From an uncultured candidate division Zixibacteria bacterium (GTDB lineage Bacteria; Zixibacteria; MSB-5A5; GN15; PGXB01): 64,000 bases of DNA. The notes below the pieces were generated by a model. The model was given only the letters and a program-made list of their open reading frames with translations, was not told where the DNA came from and ran no database searches. Position 1 is the first letter of the stretch. The number at the start of each line of letters is the position of its first letter. The stretch spans positions 3,808,001 to 3,872,000 of the forward strand of contig OY969724.1 of the NCBI GenBank assembly GCA_963702205.1, in the 5' to 3' direction. This document shows positions 9,501 to 19,748 of this stretch, piece after piece. Position numbers and translations under genes: made by a program.

Positions 9501-10275
9501 GATCATTGTCACCGTGAGTGAAATCTTCGGTGCTCCCCGCAAAATCCCAGCCGTTGATATCGTCAACATATCCGTTATTATCATCGTCAAGCCCGTTGTC
9601 GGGAATCTCGCGCGGGTTGACCCATATATTCGCCGCCAGGTCGGGATGTTTCATATCGACACCGGTATCGAGAATGGCCGCGACCGCCGTCCGAGTCCCA
9701 TCAGGCGGTACCTCGAAAACCTCATCGGCGTCGATATCCGCGCCATCCACGCCGGTGGTCATAATAAGAGAATCATTATTGTTGCCTGGGATACGTTTGA
9801 CCTTAAAATGCTCCTGCCCGACGTTGTGCAAATTCCACTGGTACAAATACAGCGGATCATCGGGAGCGCCATAAAACTCCGCCATATAATCCGGCTCGGC
9901 GTACTCCACTTCCGGATCATCGGCCAGAGCTCTGGCAATGTCTCCGGCGTCGGAACCTTTCGGCACGGTCATTATTTGTACACCCGAAAATGCCTTCGAC
10001 GACTCAACCATCTGCCGACTCGAAAATAACGGGTCCATCTTTTCGATTTTGTATTGCTCGATGATCCGGTCGACCGATCCGATTCCGGTTGCCAACGCTT
10101 TACCGGAACCGCCCGATCGCGACAGTTTTTCAGGCGATTTGAATTTGACTATAATCCGATCCGGCTGATAGCTCGATGATTTTTCGGACCTATTGGGCGC
10201 ATACAGCCCGAACGCCTGAGAGCAGAAAAGCGCAACCATGACGGTTAGTGCAAAAAAACATATCTTAAGTTTCAT
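6544..10275 (-). CDS. Secreted S8 (subtilisin-like) peptidase with FG-GAP/VCBS repeats and C-terminal FlgD-Ig/T9SS-like sorting domain
   Basis: Signal peptide; triad ILDTG, HGTHCAG, GTSMACPH; repeated D-x-D-G-D-G loops; QNYPNPFNP...KMMLLK tail. Confidence 0.9.
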   Translation of the reverse strand: MKLKICFFALTVMVALFCSQAFGLYAPNRSEKSSSYQPDRIIVKFKSPEKLSRSGGSGKALATGIGSVDRIIEQYKIEKMDPLFSSRQMVESSKAFSGVQIMTVPKGSDAGDIARALADDPEVEYAEPDYMAEFYGAPDDPLYLYQWNLHNVGQEHFKVKRIPGNNNDSLIMTTGVDGADIDADEVFEVPPDGTRTAVAAILDTGVDMKHPDLAANIWVNPREIPDNGLDDDNNGYVDDINGWDFAGSTEDFTHGDNDPTDEHGHGTHCAGIVAAVTNNMEGVAGVAVDCKIMALKIDPLPLASIIAEGIIYAADNGADVINMSFGLAYPSDLIGEAFVYARAKGVVLCAASGNDGREQYNYPAESPLTIAVAATNDSDLVTTFSTFADIIDVAAPGYSVLSLRASHTDMYAESNEAGTHIVDSIYYLASGTSMACPHVVGEAAYIRSVSPGLNVDKIEEIIKGTAKDIVDPYGIGWNLPGWDKYSGYGRIDLKQALDQTPRATAEITYPYRNEVVSGTIDVVGLAETHGQSFWNIEYGEGANPTVWYPIADGEIPGKIEPNAIWHTEGLNGVYTIRMRVGSFNTSDVTVFVVNDIAARIDSPESNGVVGTLTGVIGAAYCQDYSYASLESLVDTSGAVWEEVALLTQPVFDDNMAYWLLYDNTENVYQLKLSVFSHAGLVRADTVLVRHRSIFATDRAWKVSLPGRPAITPTYADLDGDGVNEIIVGTELGIKVFNLDGTAKTEGIPDFPDNNFIIPAAVGNLDNDGRDDIVLMGVDPPFIYGYPSSAPPFVNHLGMYPTVGYFSGNTEHMFPKVFLKDIDGDHRDEIHVVMPDNTTPTALLFDSDGTLRHRFEHVMEYQPADLNGDGMDELYTMPRYYGLLRQVDPVTGSTVDSLIISDNGSAFDCRGLTAVDIDNDGKTELIVMGLYRDLGHYLYAFDDGLRLKDGWPHDMGMNDFIAPTVPVFGDIDNDGNMEYASGYFDLDYSYMFVWNIDGSSFLPGSPNGFFAKTPQISLMNMPDIVDIDGDGSSDILACANNDAFLTFRVHRVYAWNNKADVIRDFPIVSAAGIETSYYRFVPMLGDIDKDGTADMILTSADMSLEFVSFPGVPYNPCKAFAPAWRYDRSFSGTLPEIPCVPTGSDEDVPVVPQDFVLKQNYPNPFNPTTVINYTLPSRSDVEIAVYDILGRRVRTLLDETQAAGPHEVSWNGTDGAGHPVATGVYFYRLQAGDMIETRKMMLLK

Positions 10276-10371
10276 TCATTATCTCCGGTCAGTGCCCCGA
10301 CGGGGCGGTTGGCATATATCGCATCGACTGGGCAAAACCAAATCCTTCGTTTATTGGCATTTGATATCTAT

Positions 10372-10399
10372 AATCTACTCAAAAGTCGAAATCTGGCAA
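10372..10399 (-). promoter_or_regulatory. Sigma70-like promoter TTGCCA-N16-TAGATT
   Basis: Read on the minus strand about 100 bp upstream of the S8 gene. Confidence 0.45.
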
Positions 10400-10430
10400 G
10401 ACTCTTTCTTTGTCGATTGGGATATATATT

Positions 10431-13007
10431 CTATTTTAGAAGAACCATTTTGCGCGTCTGGACGCCATCGCCCGCTTTCAGACGATAAAAGTATATGCCC
10501 GAAGCCGCCGCCCGACCGCTGCCGGTTCGTCCGTCCCAGGTGACACTGTAGCTTCCGGCGGGCAGTTCCTTATCGACCAGCATATTTATCCTCCGCCCGA
10601 GAATATTGAAAATCTCCAGCGCCACCGACGATCTCACCGCCAGTGAAAATTTTATGGTCGTCGTCGGGTTAAATGGGTTGGGATAATTCTGGCCGAGGAC
10701 GAATTTATTGGGCAGTACGTTTGGCTCATCCGGCACATCGGTCGGCAGCGCCGACTTTGAAACCAGACGAATCGTCTTGAGCAGTTCCCCCGATGCCCAG
10801 TCATAGACGAACAAACGCTCGTCGAAACTTCCTTCGCGGTACGGGTAAAAATTGACCGCTATCGTCTGACGATCCAAATCGACGAATTTCAATGCCGACG
10901 TCGTTACCCGGAACGCCTGCGGATCGCTCGTTATCAGAGTCAATTGCGATGGGCTATCGGCGAACGCTTCGAAGGCCAGACTCTGAGATGAGGACCCGCC
11001 AACCGCCACCGGCTGGAAACGAATCGAATCGGGCTCGCCGTTATGGTTTATGAACTGCCCCTCGAACGACAAGACTCCCTCATCGTTTATGGCCGACAAA
11101 TCCCGTCCGCAGCACAGCGCCAGCCAGGCACAATACATGGCATCTACCGAATCGGCCTGATTGACGAACTTTAACGTATCGTAGTACGGTTCCGCGTCCG
11201 ATTCGTTATCCCCGCTGTAATCCGAACTGAATATGGTCAGAATTTCTCTTCCACCAAGATCGACATAGTCACCGGGCCCCCATGTGCTATCGAACACATT
11301 GGACCCTTCCCATTCCAAAAAGGCGGCGTTGACCTGACGGCCGTTATCGACGTCCCAGACCGTAAACGGCACCTCACGATACCCGCCATAGCTGTATTCA
11401 CCGTCCAGACCCTTGACATATCTATAGGCCCGCTGCCGTCTGACATTGGAAAAACGAACTTCAACCGAATTGAAAAAATCCGGCACCACTACCGGATCGA
11501 GCGCGCTGCCGTACAGGTTCAAAGCATAATCCACGCCGCCGTAATAGTACGCCCCGCCCCAGTTGACGCCGGTCAGCCAGCGTGATTTAATCGGTGAATA
11601 CCTCACGTTATACAACCCCCCGAAATTCTCTATTAGTACTTTTACCGAATCGGCCCGGGCGTACTGCACCGTATCCGGGACGGTATCGATCGGGATGGTC
11701 TTGTCCAGAATATTGCGCAGCCGTGACAGTGAATACAGACGGTCGTCCTCGGCAAAGGCCCCGATCTTAAATTCCACCTGCTGGCTGTCACCGGGAGCGA
11801 ACGTCAGCGGCCCGAAACTGACCAGAATTCTCTGATCGTGATTTTCCGTATCGACCCAGCCCGTACGGCTGACCGCATCCCCGGGAGCAAAGTAAGTAAT
11901 CGTATCACCGCCGACCGGGTCGATATAGGGCTGTCCGGTTGATCCATCGACGCCCCGGACGTACCTAAATAGTTTTTCCGGTGAATCCGGCTCGGTGCCG
12001 TTGATAAATCTCGAAAATGCCGTCATCCCGATATTTTTATAATCCGAGATCGTTTTGCCCGCGAAAACCCCGGTACTCCCCGGCGATGGCACGAGCGGCC
12101 CCGAAAGCACCCGACCGCCCCAGGCGGGAGTAACGGCTCCGTACTCGGCGTCGTCATCGGTTCCGTTATACGCATAAAACAAACCGTGCAGGGTATCACA
12201 TCCGACCAGATCATCATTGGGGCCGCCCAGATCGGGGTCGGCAAAAAACGTAATATACAAACTATCGATTGAATTGCTGCCCCTGTTATAAAGCTTGTAC
12301 CGTAAATAGAAAACATTATCTTCTTCTTCGCTCGTACTGTCCGCCCATACCAGTTGCTGTACGTCGATACCCAGAGGTGCCGTTCCCCCGCCATAGTAAT
12401 TGGTGTGAAGTGATTGATTATTATCGTTAAATACCGACCACAGCGTCTGCGCGCCCATCAGCATCGGATTGCCCGACTCATCGACCGTGGCTCCGAGCTG
12501 CGACGGCCAGTCGTCAAAATCGGGATCGCCCGGTCCGGACGTGTTGTCGATTTTGAACACTCTTTCCCCACCCGGCGAACCGTCCATCGAACCGGCCGCG
12601 AATTCCGGACGATCGTACGCCGCCACCGCCGTCCGCAGCTGACCGTCGACTTTCCCGGCCAGAATCAAACCAGCGGCGTACACCAGCGTTTTGTTGCCTG
12701 GTGTCTGGTGCAATCCCGCCGTATCACCGGCAAATGGATAGTAAAATCCGGCCGCCCGATCAAACAGGCGGGTATGGTCCATCGCAATCGTCCCGGAGTT
12801 GGTGACAAATGAAAATATCCGGTTGGCATCGATAAATTTGGTCAGATCATAATCGGCCGTGCTCAATAATTTTTCGCCGTAGTCCAGACGCCGAGGTGGA
12901 AGAGCCGGCGACGCCGAGACCAATATCATTAGAAGTAATACCAGCGACCCGAACATCGATCTAAACGCCCGCAAGCCAATTGATCTGTATGTTATATGAA
13001 GGTTCAT
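10431..13007 (-). CDS. Secreted protein of unknown function with FlgD-Ig/T9SS-like C-terminal domain
   Basis: 858-aa ORF, hydrophobic signal region, DPDLGGPNDDLVGCDT motif, QNYPNPFNP...KMVLLK tail; ATGA overlap with the upstream gene. Confidence 0.8.
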   Translation of the reverse strand: MNLHITYRSIGLRAFRSMFGSLVLLLMILVSASPALPPRRLDYGEKLLSTADYDLTKFIDANRIFSFVTNSGTIAMDHTRLFDRAAGFYYPFAGDTAGLHQTPGNKTLVYAAGLILAGKVDGQLRTAVAAYDRPEFAAGSMDGSPGGERVFKIDNTSGPGDPDFDDWPSQLGATVDESGNPMLMGAQTLWSVFNDNNQSLHTNYYGGGTAPLGIDVQQLVWADSTSEEEDNVFYLRYKLYNRGSNSIDSLYITFFADPDLGGPNDDLVGCDTLHGLFYAYNGTDDDAEYGAVTPAWGGRVLSGPLVPSPGSTGVFAGKTISDYKNIGMTAFSRFINGTEPDSPEKLFRYVRGVDGSTGQPYIDPVGGDTITYFAPGDAVSRTGWVDTENHDQRILVSFGPLTFAPGDSQQVEFKIGAFAEDDRLYSLSRLRNILDKTIPIDTVPDTVQYARADSVKVLIENFGGLYNVRYSPIKSRWLTGVNWGGAYYYGGVDYALNLYGSALDPVVVPDFFNSVEVRFSNVRRQRAYRYVKGLDGEYSYGGYREVPFTVWDVDNGRQVNAAFLEWEGSNVFDSTWGPGDYVDLGGREILTIFSSDYSGDNESDAEPYYDTLKFVNQADSVDAMYCAWLALCCGRDLSAINDEGVLSFEGQFINHNGEPDSIRFQPVAVGGSSSQSLAFEAFADSPSQLTLITSDPQAFRVTTSALKFVDLDRQTIAVNFYPYREGSFDERLFVYDWASGELLKTIRLVSKSALPTDVPDEPNVLPNKFVLGQNYPNPFNPTTTIKFSLAVRSSVALEIFNILGRRINMLVDKELPAGSYSVTWDGRTGSGRAAASGIYFYRLKAGDGVQTRKMVLLK

Positions 13008-16000
13008 TTCAGCAAAATCATTTTCTTTACGGCGTTTTGATCCCCGGCGTTCAAGCGGTACAAATAAATCCCCGACGCCAGCATATTGCCGGAATCACTC
13101 CGACCGTCGAACTCGACGCTGTGCGTTCCGGCTGATTGGGCTTCGTCGACCAGCGTCCGTACTCGGCGACCGAGCATATTATATATATCCAGCCGGACGT
13201 GCGCCTTCTGCGTTATCGTATAATTTATCGCCGTCGACGGATTGAACGGGTTGGGCATATTTTGAGCGAGACTAAAACCGGCGGGAAGATTTGCATCGCC
13301 GTCATCAACGCCGGTCATAGGTCCGGGTCCGGTAATCGGCCCGACATTATTCAGCTTCCTCGAATAGCGCCATGACGGCACCGGGCATTTGTCGGCATTG
13401 TACTCACTGCCGCTGAAATTTATAAATACCAAAGAACTGTCATCGGTCGGGACAATCAAATCGATAAAACCGTCATTGTTGATATCGCCGACCGTCGGAG
13501 TATAGCGCGATGTGACAAAATCCTTTTCGTTCAGGACTATCGGAAAACGGTCGATCGGTTGCGCCTGATTGTCCCACGCGTACAAACGCTGCGCGGTAAA
13601 CGACGAAAACAGGTCATTATTGGCCCGGGCGACGATATCGGGAGAAAGATCACCGTCGATATCGACCACCAGAGGCATATTCAAAAGGGCCGGGTGCGGA
13701 ACCTTGATAAAATTCCCGTCGGTTCCCTCGGTAATTATCGGCGTCCCGTCGAGACGCCAGGCGAATATAAAACTTTCACTGTAATCGAAGTACGACGTGA
13801 AATACTCCGGTACGTCGTCGCCGTCGATGTCGGCGAAAATCGGCACCGTCGGCGTAAGGTAATCGTCGAGTTCCATATCATGCGGCCAGCCACCCACGAC
13901 CTGCAAGCCATACTTTAAGGCATAAATCACGTTGCCGCCGCCGTCATATGCACCGTTGACGATTAATTCGTGAATCCCGTCACCGTCTATGTCGAAAGCC
14001 GAAAGGCCCCGGCAATTCATCTTAACGCCGTTTTCGATAAAGGCCAGACTGTCCAACACCTGCCCGTCGGCCGCCACCCGGCTCAAATATCCCGAACCGT
14101 TTCTGTAGATATAAAACTCATCGGATTTGTCTCCGTTCAGATCGCACGACAGGTAATCGGAGACTTTGGATATGTCTCCCAGTACATCGCCATTCGCGTC
14201 GAAAATATAAACGTGCGACTTGGAACCGTTGTACAGGAACACATGAATTTCATCGGACCCATCGCCATCGATATCTTTGAAAAACACCTTTGAAATAACC
14301 CCTTCCGATATCAGGACATTTCCCGAGATAAGGGTATCCGGTAAAGAATAATCGAATGTCGGTCCCGCGCTCGAAAAGAAGGACAACGTGGGTGGATCGT
14401 ACCCCAGGGCCGCGATATCATCGATTCCGTCGCCGTTGGCATCGCCCACGGCCACCGGCACCTGGTACGTGTTTTCCGGGAAGCTGGGCATGCCCGATGA
14501 TTTCATCGTACCATCCGGCGATAGAAACACGATCCCGGCATCGGTCCCGACAATAATTTCGTTGACCCCATCGCCGTCGTAATCACCGTAACTGGCAATG
14601 GCCGATGGCAGCCCCGGCAGGTGGACCTTCCATGCATCCTGGGTGGACAGAATCGACTCGACCGTCACCGTAACCGTATCGGACAATTCGAGGCCCGTCG
14701 CCGTGAACAGAGTCAACCGCACACTGAAGACGTTACCGTCGTCGATATTGATGTACCAGCTTTTCAGAATATCACTATACGTTGGGGTCACTATATCGGC
14801 CAGCTTGATCCACTGCGACGGCTCCTCACCGGCGCCGTAGTCCAGCACGGCCCGGTCGAATTCGGGGCCGTAGACGCTACCGCGAATATCGATAATTTGC
14901 GGGACGATCTCGCCGTCTTTCGGCGCTTCGATAGTACAGACGTTGTCACCGATTACATGGACTACCACAAACGTTTTATTATCCGGGTCAACCGTCAGCC
15001 TGAGCGTATAGATTCCCGCCGGCAGCCCGTCGGTGTGCCAGACCGCCAGGACGCCATCGGTCACCGGGTCGGGCGAACTTGCGATCTCCGTCCACAACTC
15101 CGGGGCGTATCCCTGGCCGAAACTCAACTGGTAGCCCGAAAAACCACTCCCATTTGCCGATCCCGTTATTTCGAAATCGCCGTTGACTATCAGATGCGCC
15201 GCAGGTGACGTTATTTTCGCAACGATATCGGGAGTCTCTGACACCGCCGTCGCCAGATTCAACCGCCCGTGACCACTGTATATATCAAAACCGGGAAGAT
15301 TCTGGCCGTTCCCGTACGGATCAACTATATCATCGGCAGCGTTATTCAAAATATCCCGGACGGCTTCAGGCAGCAAACCGGGCGATTTGGACTTGAGCCA
15401 TGCCGCTGCCGCCACTACGTGCGGGCAGGACATGCTCGTCCCGGAAGATATATAGTACAGACTGTCGATTATGTGCACACCGGGTTCGGCCGACGGCGGC
15501 TCGCCGTACATATCGGTGCCTACGGCGCGCAGGGACAGAATCGCCTCGCCGGGCGCACACAAATCAACGTGGTCCCCGTACGTGGAAAACACCGTGACCC
15601 GGTCGGAATCATTCATCGCCCCGATCGCCATCGTCAGCGGCGACCCGGCCGGGTAGTTGACCTCTTCAATACCGGAATTGCCGCTCGCCGCACACAGGAC
15701 CACGCCTTTGTCGTGAGCATATGCCATCGCCGATTCGATAATGAGGCTGCGGTACGGCAGCCCGAAACTCATATTGATGACGTCGGCCCCGTTATCGGCC
15801 GCATAAATTATCGCCCGGGCAATCTTGGACGTCAGCGCCCACGGGTTTATCTTCAATGGCATGATCCGGCACTGCGGTGCGATTCCGGCGATACCAATTT
15901 CGTTTCCCGCGACCGCCGCTATTGTCCCGGCGATATGCGTGCCGTGCCCGAAATTATCCGACGGATCATTGTCCTCAGGTTTGGGAGAACTGTTGCTCGC

Positions 16001-16750
16001 CGAATAATCCCAACCGTGCACGTCGTCTATATAACCGTTATGATCATCGTCTTTGCCGTTGTCCGGAACCTCCCGCGTGTTGGTCCAAACCTGCCCCTGC
16101 AAGTCCGGATGCCGCATGTCGAGGCCGGTATCGATAATGGCCACGACCGCGCGGTGGGTTTCATCGCACGGAAGCACCGGCACGTCGGCCTGATCGATAT
16201 CGGCGTCGTCGAGGCCGTAGCGGATAACCAGTTTGTCATCCCCATTGGCAGGGCCGCGTTCGATGGCATAATGACCCTGACCGTGATTATATAAATTCCA
16301 CAAATGGGGATAAAATTCATCGGTCGGTGTCCCATAAAACGTAACTTTGTAATCGGGTTCGGCCCAGAGTACTTCGTCCAGCTTTTCGTAATCGGCCTTC
16401 ATTTCCGACATCGCCGATTTCTGAGCCGACTGTATAATATAAACCCCGGCCAGGGGATTATTCGCGCCATCTCCATTTGCGCCCGCACATATCGGCGCAA
16501 AACTTTCAACTGAATATTTGATGTTGATCGCGTTCAAGGCCTGATTGGCCGTGGCAACACGACCGTCTTTTTGGGCGACATCGCCGGGTGCCCGACCCGG
16601 ACGAAACTTAATTATAAGACCGTAAGAATCCGGTTCCGATGGCTTCGACGATTGCGGACCGGTATAATACGCCTCGGCCGTCCCGATGCCCAGACTGAAA
16701 AGAAGCAGCAATATTATAGTGGATTTAAAAGGCAGGCGTCTGTCTATCAT
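13004..16750 (-). CDS. Secreted S8 peptidase with FG-GAP repeats and FlgD-Ig/T9SS-like domain (paralog of 6544-10275)
   Basis: Triad IIDTG, HGTHIAG, GTSMSCPH; architecture collinear with the other S8; QNMPNPFNP tail. Confidence 0.9.
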   Translation of the reverse strand: MIDRRLPFKSTIILLLLFSLGIGTAEAYYTGPQSSKPSEPDSYGLIIKFRPGRAPGDVAQKDGRVATANQALNAINIKYSVESFAPICAGANGDGANNPLAGVYIIQSAQKSAMSEMKADYEKLDEVLWAEPDYKVTFYGTPTDEFYPHLWNLYNHGQGHYAIERGPANGDDKLVIRYGLDDADIDQADVPVLPCDETHRAVVAIIDTGLDMRHPDLQGQVWTNTREVPDNGKDDDHNGYIDDVHGWDYSASNSSPKPEDNDPSDNFGHGTHIAGTIAAVAGNEIGIAGIAPQCRIMPLKINPWALTSKIARAIIYAADNGADVINMSFGLPYRSLIIESAMAYAHDKGVVLCAASGNSGIEEVNYPAGSPLTMAIGAMNDSDRVTVFSTYGDHVDLCAPGEAILSLRAVGTDMYGEPPSAEPGVHIIDSLYYISSGTSMSCPHVVAAAAWLKSKSPGLLPEAVRDILNNAADDIVDPYGNGQNLPGFDIYSGHGRLNLATAVSETPDIVAKITSPAAHLIVNGDFEITGSANGSGFSGYQLSFGQGYAPELWTEIASSPDPVTDGVLAVWHTDGLPAGIYTLRLTVDPDNKTFVVVHVIGDNVCTIEAPKDGEIVPQIIDIRGSVYGPEFDRAVLDYGAGEEPSQWIKLADIVTPTYSDILKSWYINIDDGNVFSVRLTLFTATGLELSDTVTVTVESILSTQDAWKVHLPGLPSAIASYGDYDGDGVNEIIVGTDAGIVFLSPDGTMKSSGMPSFPENTYQVPVAVGDANGDGIDDIAALGYDPPTLSFFSSAGPTFDYSLPDTLISGNVLISEGVISKVFFKDIDGDGSDEIHVFLYNGSKSHVYIFDANGDVLGDISKVSDYLSCDLNGDKSDEFYIYRNGSGYLSRVAADGQVLDSLAFIENGVKMNCRGLSAFDIDGDGIHELIVNGAYDGGGNVIYALKYGLQVVGGWPHDMELDDYLTPTVPIFADIDGDDVPEYFTSYFDYSESFIFAWRLDGTPIITEGTDGNFIKVPHPALLNMPLVVDIDGDLSPDIVARANNDLFSSFTAQRLYAWDNQAQPIDRFPIVLNEKDFVTSRYTPTVGDINNDGFIDLIVPTDDSSLVFINFSGSEYNADKCPVPSWRYSRKLNNVGPITGPGPMTGVDDGDANLPAGFSLAQNMPNPFNPSTAINYTITQKAHVRLDIYNMLGRRVRTLVDEAQSAGTHSVEFDGRSDSGNMLASGIYLYRLNAGDQNAVKKMILLK

Positions 16751-16897
16751 ATTATTCTTGATCCTATTTTACCCTTATACGGGCAATCGGCGCTGTGAGG
16801 GGACCGTTCGCCATAAATAGGACGAAATTTAATGACATTCGTTTATACTAATACAAGATACGACAAATATTTATATTAACAATATGCTATTTGGAGC

Positions 16898-16925
16898 TTG
16901 ACAAACCGAGCTTTTTTGCTATTAT
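16898..16925 (+). promoter_or_regulatory. Sigma70-like promoter TTGACA-N16-TATTAT
   Basis: Consensus -35 and TG-extended -10 upstream of the gene at 17048. Confidence 0.55.
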
Positions 16926-17047
16926 AGGGGTGCAAATTCGCTAATGATTTAAAATTAACCACCGTTTCTTCACAGTTGAGGGCTCTTATTATATCCATTT
17001 GTTAAAGAATTGAAAAGAACGTCAATTCTTTATAAGGAGCCTGTTCA

Positions 17048-18925
17048 ATGATCATTCGCTTCACCCCCTCGAAGCGAGGTATCAAGGAAACCTTCCTATA
17101 TTATTTAGGACCGGTAATTCTGTGGCTTATACTATTGTGCCCGGTATATGCCGAACAGGCTCCCTTTAAATTCGAAATCGGGCGCCTCACCGACGCCGTC
17201 CCCGGCACATTTATCTCGGTTCCGGTTACCAAAACCGCCGGGACGGAATTAATGTACGGCTGGGACTGGCTTTTCGCCTATGATACCACCGGACTGACTT
17301 TTGTCGGAGCGACGTCGGGTGTCTTGTTCACAACTCCCGGCTCTTATGAATGGGAGTATTTCACCTATCGCACTACCCAGCCGGAAGCGTGCGACGAACA
17401 CTGCCCGTCCGGCCTGGTGCAGGTCTTTTCTTTGGCCGAATCACAAATAGGGCCCCACCATCCCCTGAGTCATACCGTCCCCGATGGCACCGTCTTGTTC
17501 ACGCTCAATTTTCAGGTAAAAAACACGGGTGCGGTCGATTGCGGCTTTTTTGGAATCCGTTACTACTGGACCGATTGCGGGGACAACGGAACAGCCTACG
17601 GGCCGATCGAGGGCGTCGGCCTGGCAGTAGCGGATTCCGTGTTTGACGTCAACGATATTAATATAACCGATAACTCGGCGCATTTTCCATCATACTACGG
17701 TTACCCCGATGCCTGCTTCGAATCGGGTGCGCCTAACCCGCCGGACCGGTTCGAGAATTTCGTCAACGGAGGCGTCGACGTTCAATGTCTTAATCCATTT
17801 CCTGATCGGGGCGATTTGAATCTGAACGGAGTATCATACGAACTTCAGGACCGCGACGTCTTCCTAAATTATTTCCTGTACGGTCTCTCGGTTTTCACCG
17901 TTGACCCGGTCTATCAAACGGCCGTATCGGATATCAAGGGTGACAACAGACCTCTGACGGTCGAGGATTTCGTCTACCTCGACCGGATTATCGACACCAC
18001 TCTCTCCCCCTGGCCTCACGCCCCGGTGATGACTCTTGACAGCACCGTCGGGCTGATCGCCCAGGTCGAGACGGATTCCTCGCGCATCGTCCGGACCCAG
18101 TTTACCAAACCGGGGGGAGCTTTATTGATCGAGTTCAGCACACCCGGTTGGCAGCCCGGAGATTATCATATCAACGTCATGCCCGAGGGCGCGCACCTTG
18201 ATTTATTCCAGAATCTTGAAAATGATAAATTAATAATTATGGTATGCGGTCGGCGGGACTTATTGGGTGATCAAGCGGAGATAGATTCGGTCACCCTGCC
18301 CGCCGAACCGATTGATTTATTCGAAATAGTCTACACTTCTGCCGCTCCGGAAATTGATACGGCTTTCGCCGCCGATTACTATGGCGGCAAAATCAACCTG
18401 TATATCGCCGACGTTCCCAACTACCCACCGGGATTCAATCAATTTCCCGGCCAGCTGGTCAATATACCGTACCGGGGCTTCGAGTTCAATTTCATCGCCT
18501 ATGATCCCAATATGCCGCCCGATCCGATCGAATACCATCTGCTGTCCGGCCCCGGCAAGATCGACCCGGAAACCGGCTTCTGGGAGTATCGGCCCGTTTG
18601 CCGCGACTCGGGGACAACCTGGATTCTTGAAATCTGCGCCTCGGACCTGGCCCACCCCTGCCCGCAGGACGAAACCACCCTGCACGCCGTCATGACTCTT
18701 CACCTCGATAACCCACTTATCCGTCTCGGCGATGCCGACTTCAGCGGAACCGTCAATCTTACCGATGTTCTCCTCTTAATCAGCCACGTCTACGACGGCG
18801 GTCCGGTTCCATACCCCAACCCGGCGGTCGGCGACGTCAACAGCGACGGAACCATCAACCTCCTTGATATCCTGATCATAATTCAAATGATATATTTCGA
18901 CGGACCAACGCCACAATGCCCTTAA
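17048..18925 (+). CDS. Secreted cohesin-like + dockerin domain protein
   Basis: Signal peptide; N-terminal cohesin-like beta sandwich (ISVPV...FAYD...LFTLNFQV); internal dockerin-like GDLNLNG; C-terminal dockerin GDADFSGTVNLTD / GDVNSDGTINLLD. Confidence 0.72.
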   Translation: MIIRFTPSKRGIKETFLYYLGPVILWLILLCPVYAEQAPFKFEIGRLTDAVPGTFISVPVTKTAGTELMYGWDWLFAYDTTGLTFVGATSGVLFTTPGSYEWEYFTYRTTQPEACDEHCPSGLVQVFSLAESQIGPHHPLSHTVPDGTVLFTLNFQVKNTGAVDCGFFGIRYYWTDCGDNGTAYGPIEGVGLAVADSVFDVNDINITDNSAHFPSYYGYPDACFESGAPNPPDRFENFVNGGVDVQCLNPFPDRGDLNLNGVSYELQDRDVFLNYFLYGLSVFTVDPVYQTAVSDIKGDNRPLTVEDFVYLDRIIDTTLSPWPHAPVMTLDSTVGLIAQVETDSSRIVRTQFTKPGGALLIEFSTPGWQPGDYHINVMPEGAHLDLFQNLENDKLIIMVCGRRDLLGDQAEIDSVTLPAEPIDLFEIVYTSAAPEIDTAFAADYYGGKINLYIADVPNYPPGFNQFPGQLVNIPYRGFEFNFIAYDPNMPPDPIEYHLLSGPGKIDPETGFWEYRPVCRDSGTTWILEICASDLAHPCPQDETTLHAVMTLHLDNPLIRLGDADFSGTVNLTDVLLLISHVYDGGPVPYPNPAVGDVNSDGTINLLDILIIIQMIYFDGPTPQCP

Positions 18926-18951
18926 TCTCTCCTTTTTTTGATCCGTCTGTG

Positions 18952-18978
18952 GGGGCGCCCGGCCCGGCGCCCCTTTCT
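18952..18978 (+). terminator. Intrinsic terminator
   Basis: GGGGCGCC-CGGCCC-GGCGCCCC followed by TTTCT. Confidence 0.6.
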
Positions 18979-19044
18979 ATTCCGTTGTTATACAATATAT
19001 TATATATTATTTTTGAAACAAATCTATTCTTTTAAACTTATCCC

Positions 19045-19089
19045 TTGATTTGTCCGTATTAGAAATATATAATTGACCGACCAGTCGGT
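19045..19089 (+). promoter_or_regulatory. Sigma70 promoter (TTGATT-N17-TATAAT) with TetR-type operator ACCGAC-CA-GTCGGT
   Basis: -35 at 19045-50, -10 at 19068-73, perfect palindrome at 19076-89 over the expected start site. Confidence 0.75.
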
Positions 19090-19111
19090 ATTGATTAAAA
19101 AGAAGACTATT

Positions 19112-19723
19112 ATGTCACCAAGAACCGTTGATAAAGACCAAAAAAAACGAGAGATTCTCGAAGCCGCCATCAGGGTTTTTTCCGAACGCGGGGTCAACCA
19201 TTTCAAAATGATTGATATCGCCAAAGAGGCAAAAATCGGGAAAGGCACCATCTATGAATATTTCAATGACAAGGATAACCTGATCCTGGGCTGCTTCGAA
19301 TATTTCGTCGGCCATTATACCGAAATCCTCGGGGCAAAAGGCGAAACGGACCTCTCCCCCGACAAAAAACTCGAACAAATGATCCGGGAATCGTTCGAGT
19401 TCTTTATTACCAATATGGATTTCACCAGAATCATGTATGACCTCTGGGCTCTTTTGATCCACACCGACAGCGACAAGCACATCATGGATCAATTCGGCCC
19501 GATGCAGGATGAAGCTCTGCAGCAACTGGAGTCCGTTATTCGGGAAGGTAAAAATCAGGGCGTTTTCGGCGATGTCGACCCAAAGGCGGTCGCGCTTATA
19601 ATCCTCGGCATGCTTGATGGAATTCTCTTTCAATACAAAACCGGGCTGATAGATTACGACTATAAGAAAATGATCGATGGGATCATTGAAATGACAATGC
19701 ACGGAATTATGAAAAGATATTAA
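19112..19723 (+). CDS. TetR/AcrR family transcriptional regulator
   Basis: HTH ILEAAIRVFSERG...DIAKEAKIGKGTIYEYF. Confidence 0.92.
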   Translation: MSPRTVDKDQKKREILEAAIRVFSERGVNHFKMIDIAKEAKIGKGTIYEYFNDKDNLILGCFEYFVGHYTEILGAKGETDLSPDKKLEQMIRESFEFFITNMDFTRIMYDLWALLIHTDSDKHIMDQFGPMQDEALQQLESVIREGKNQGVFGDVDPKAVALIILGMLDGILFQYKTGLIDYDYKKMIDGIIEMTMHGIMKRY

Positions 19724-19748
19724 CTTTCTAATAAGCAGGGATTCGACT

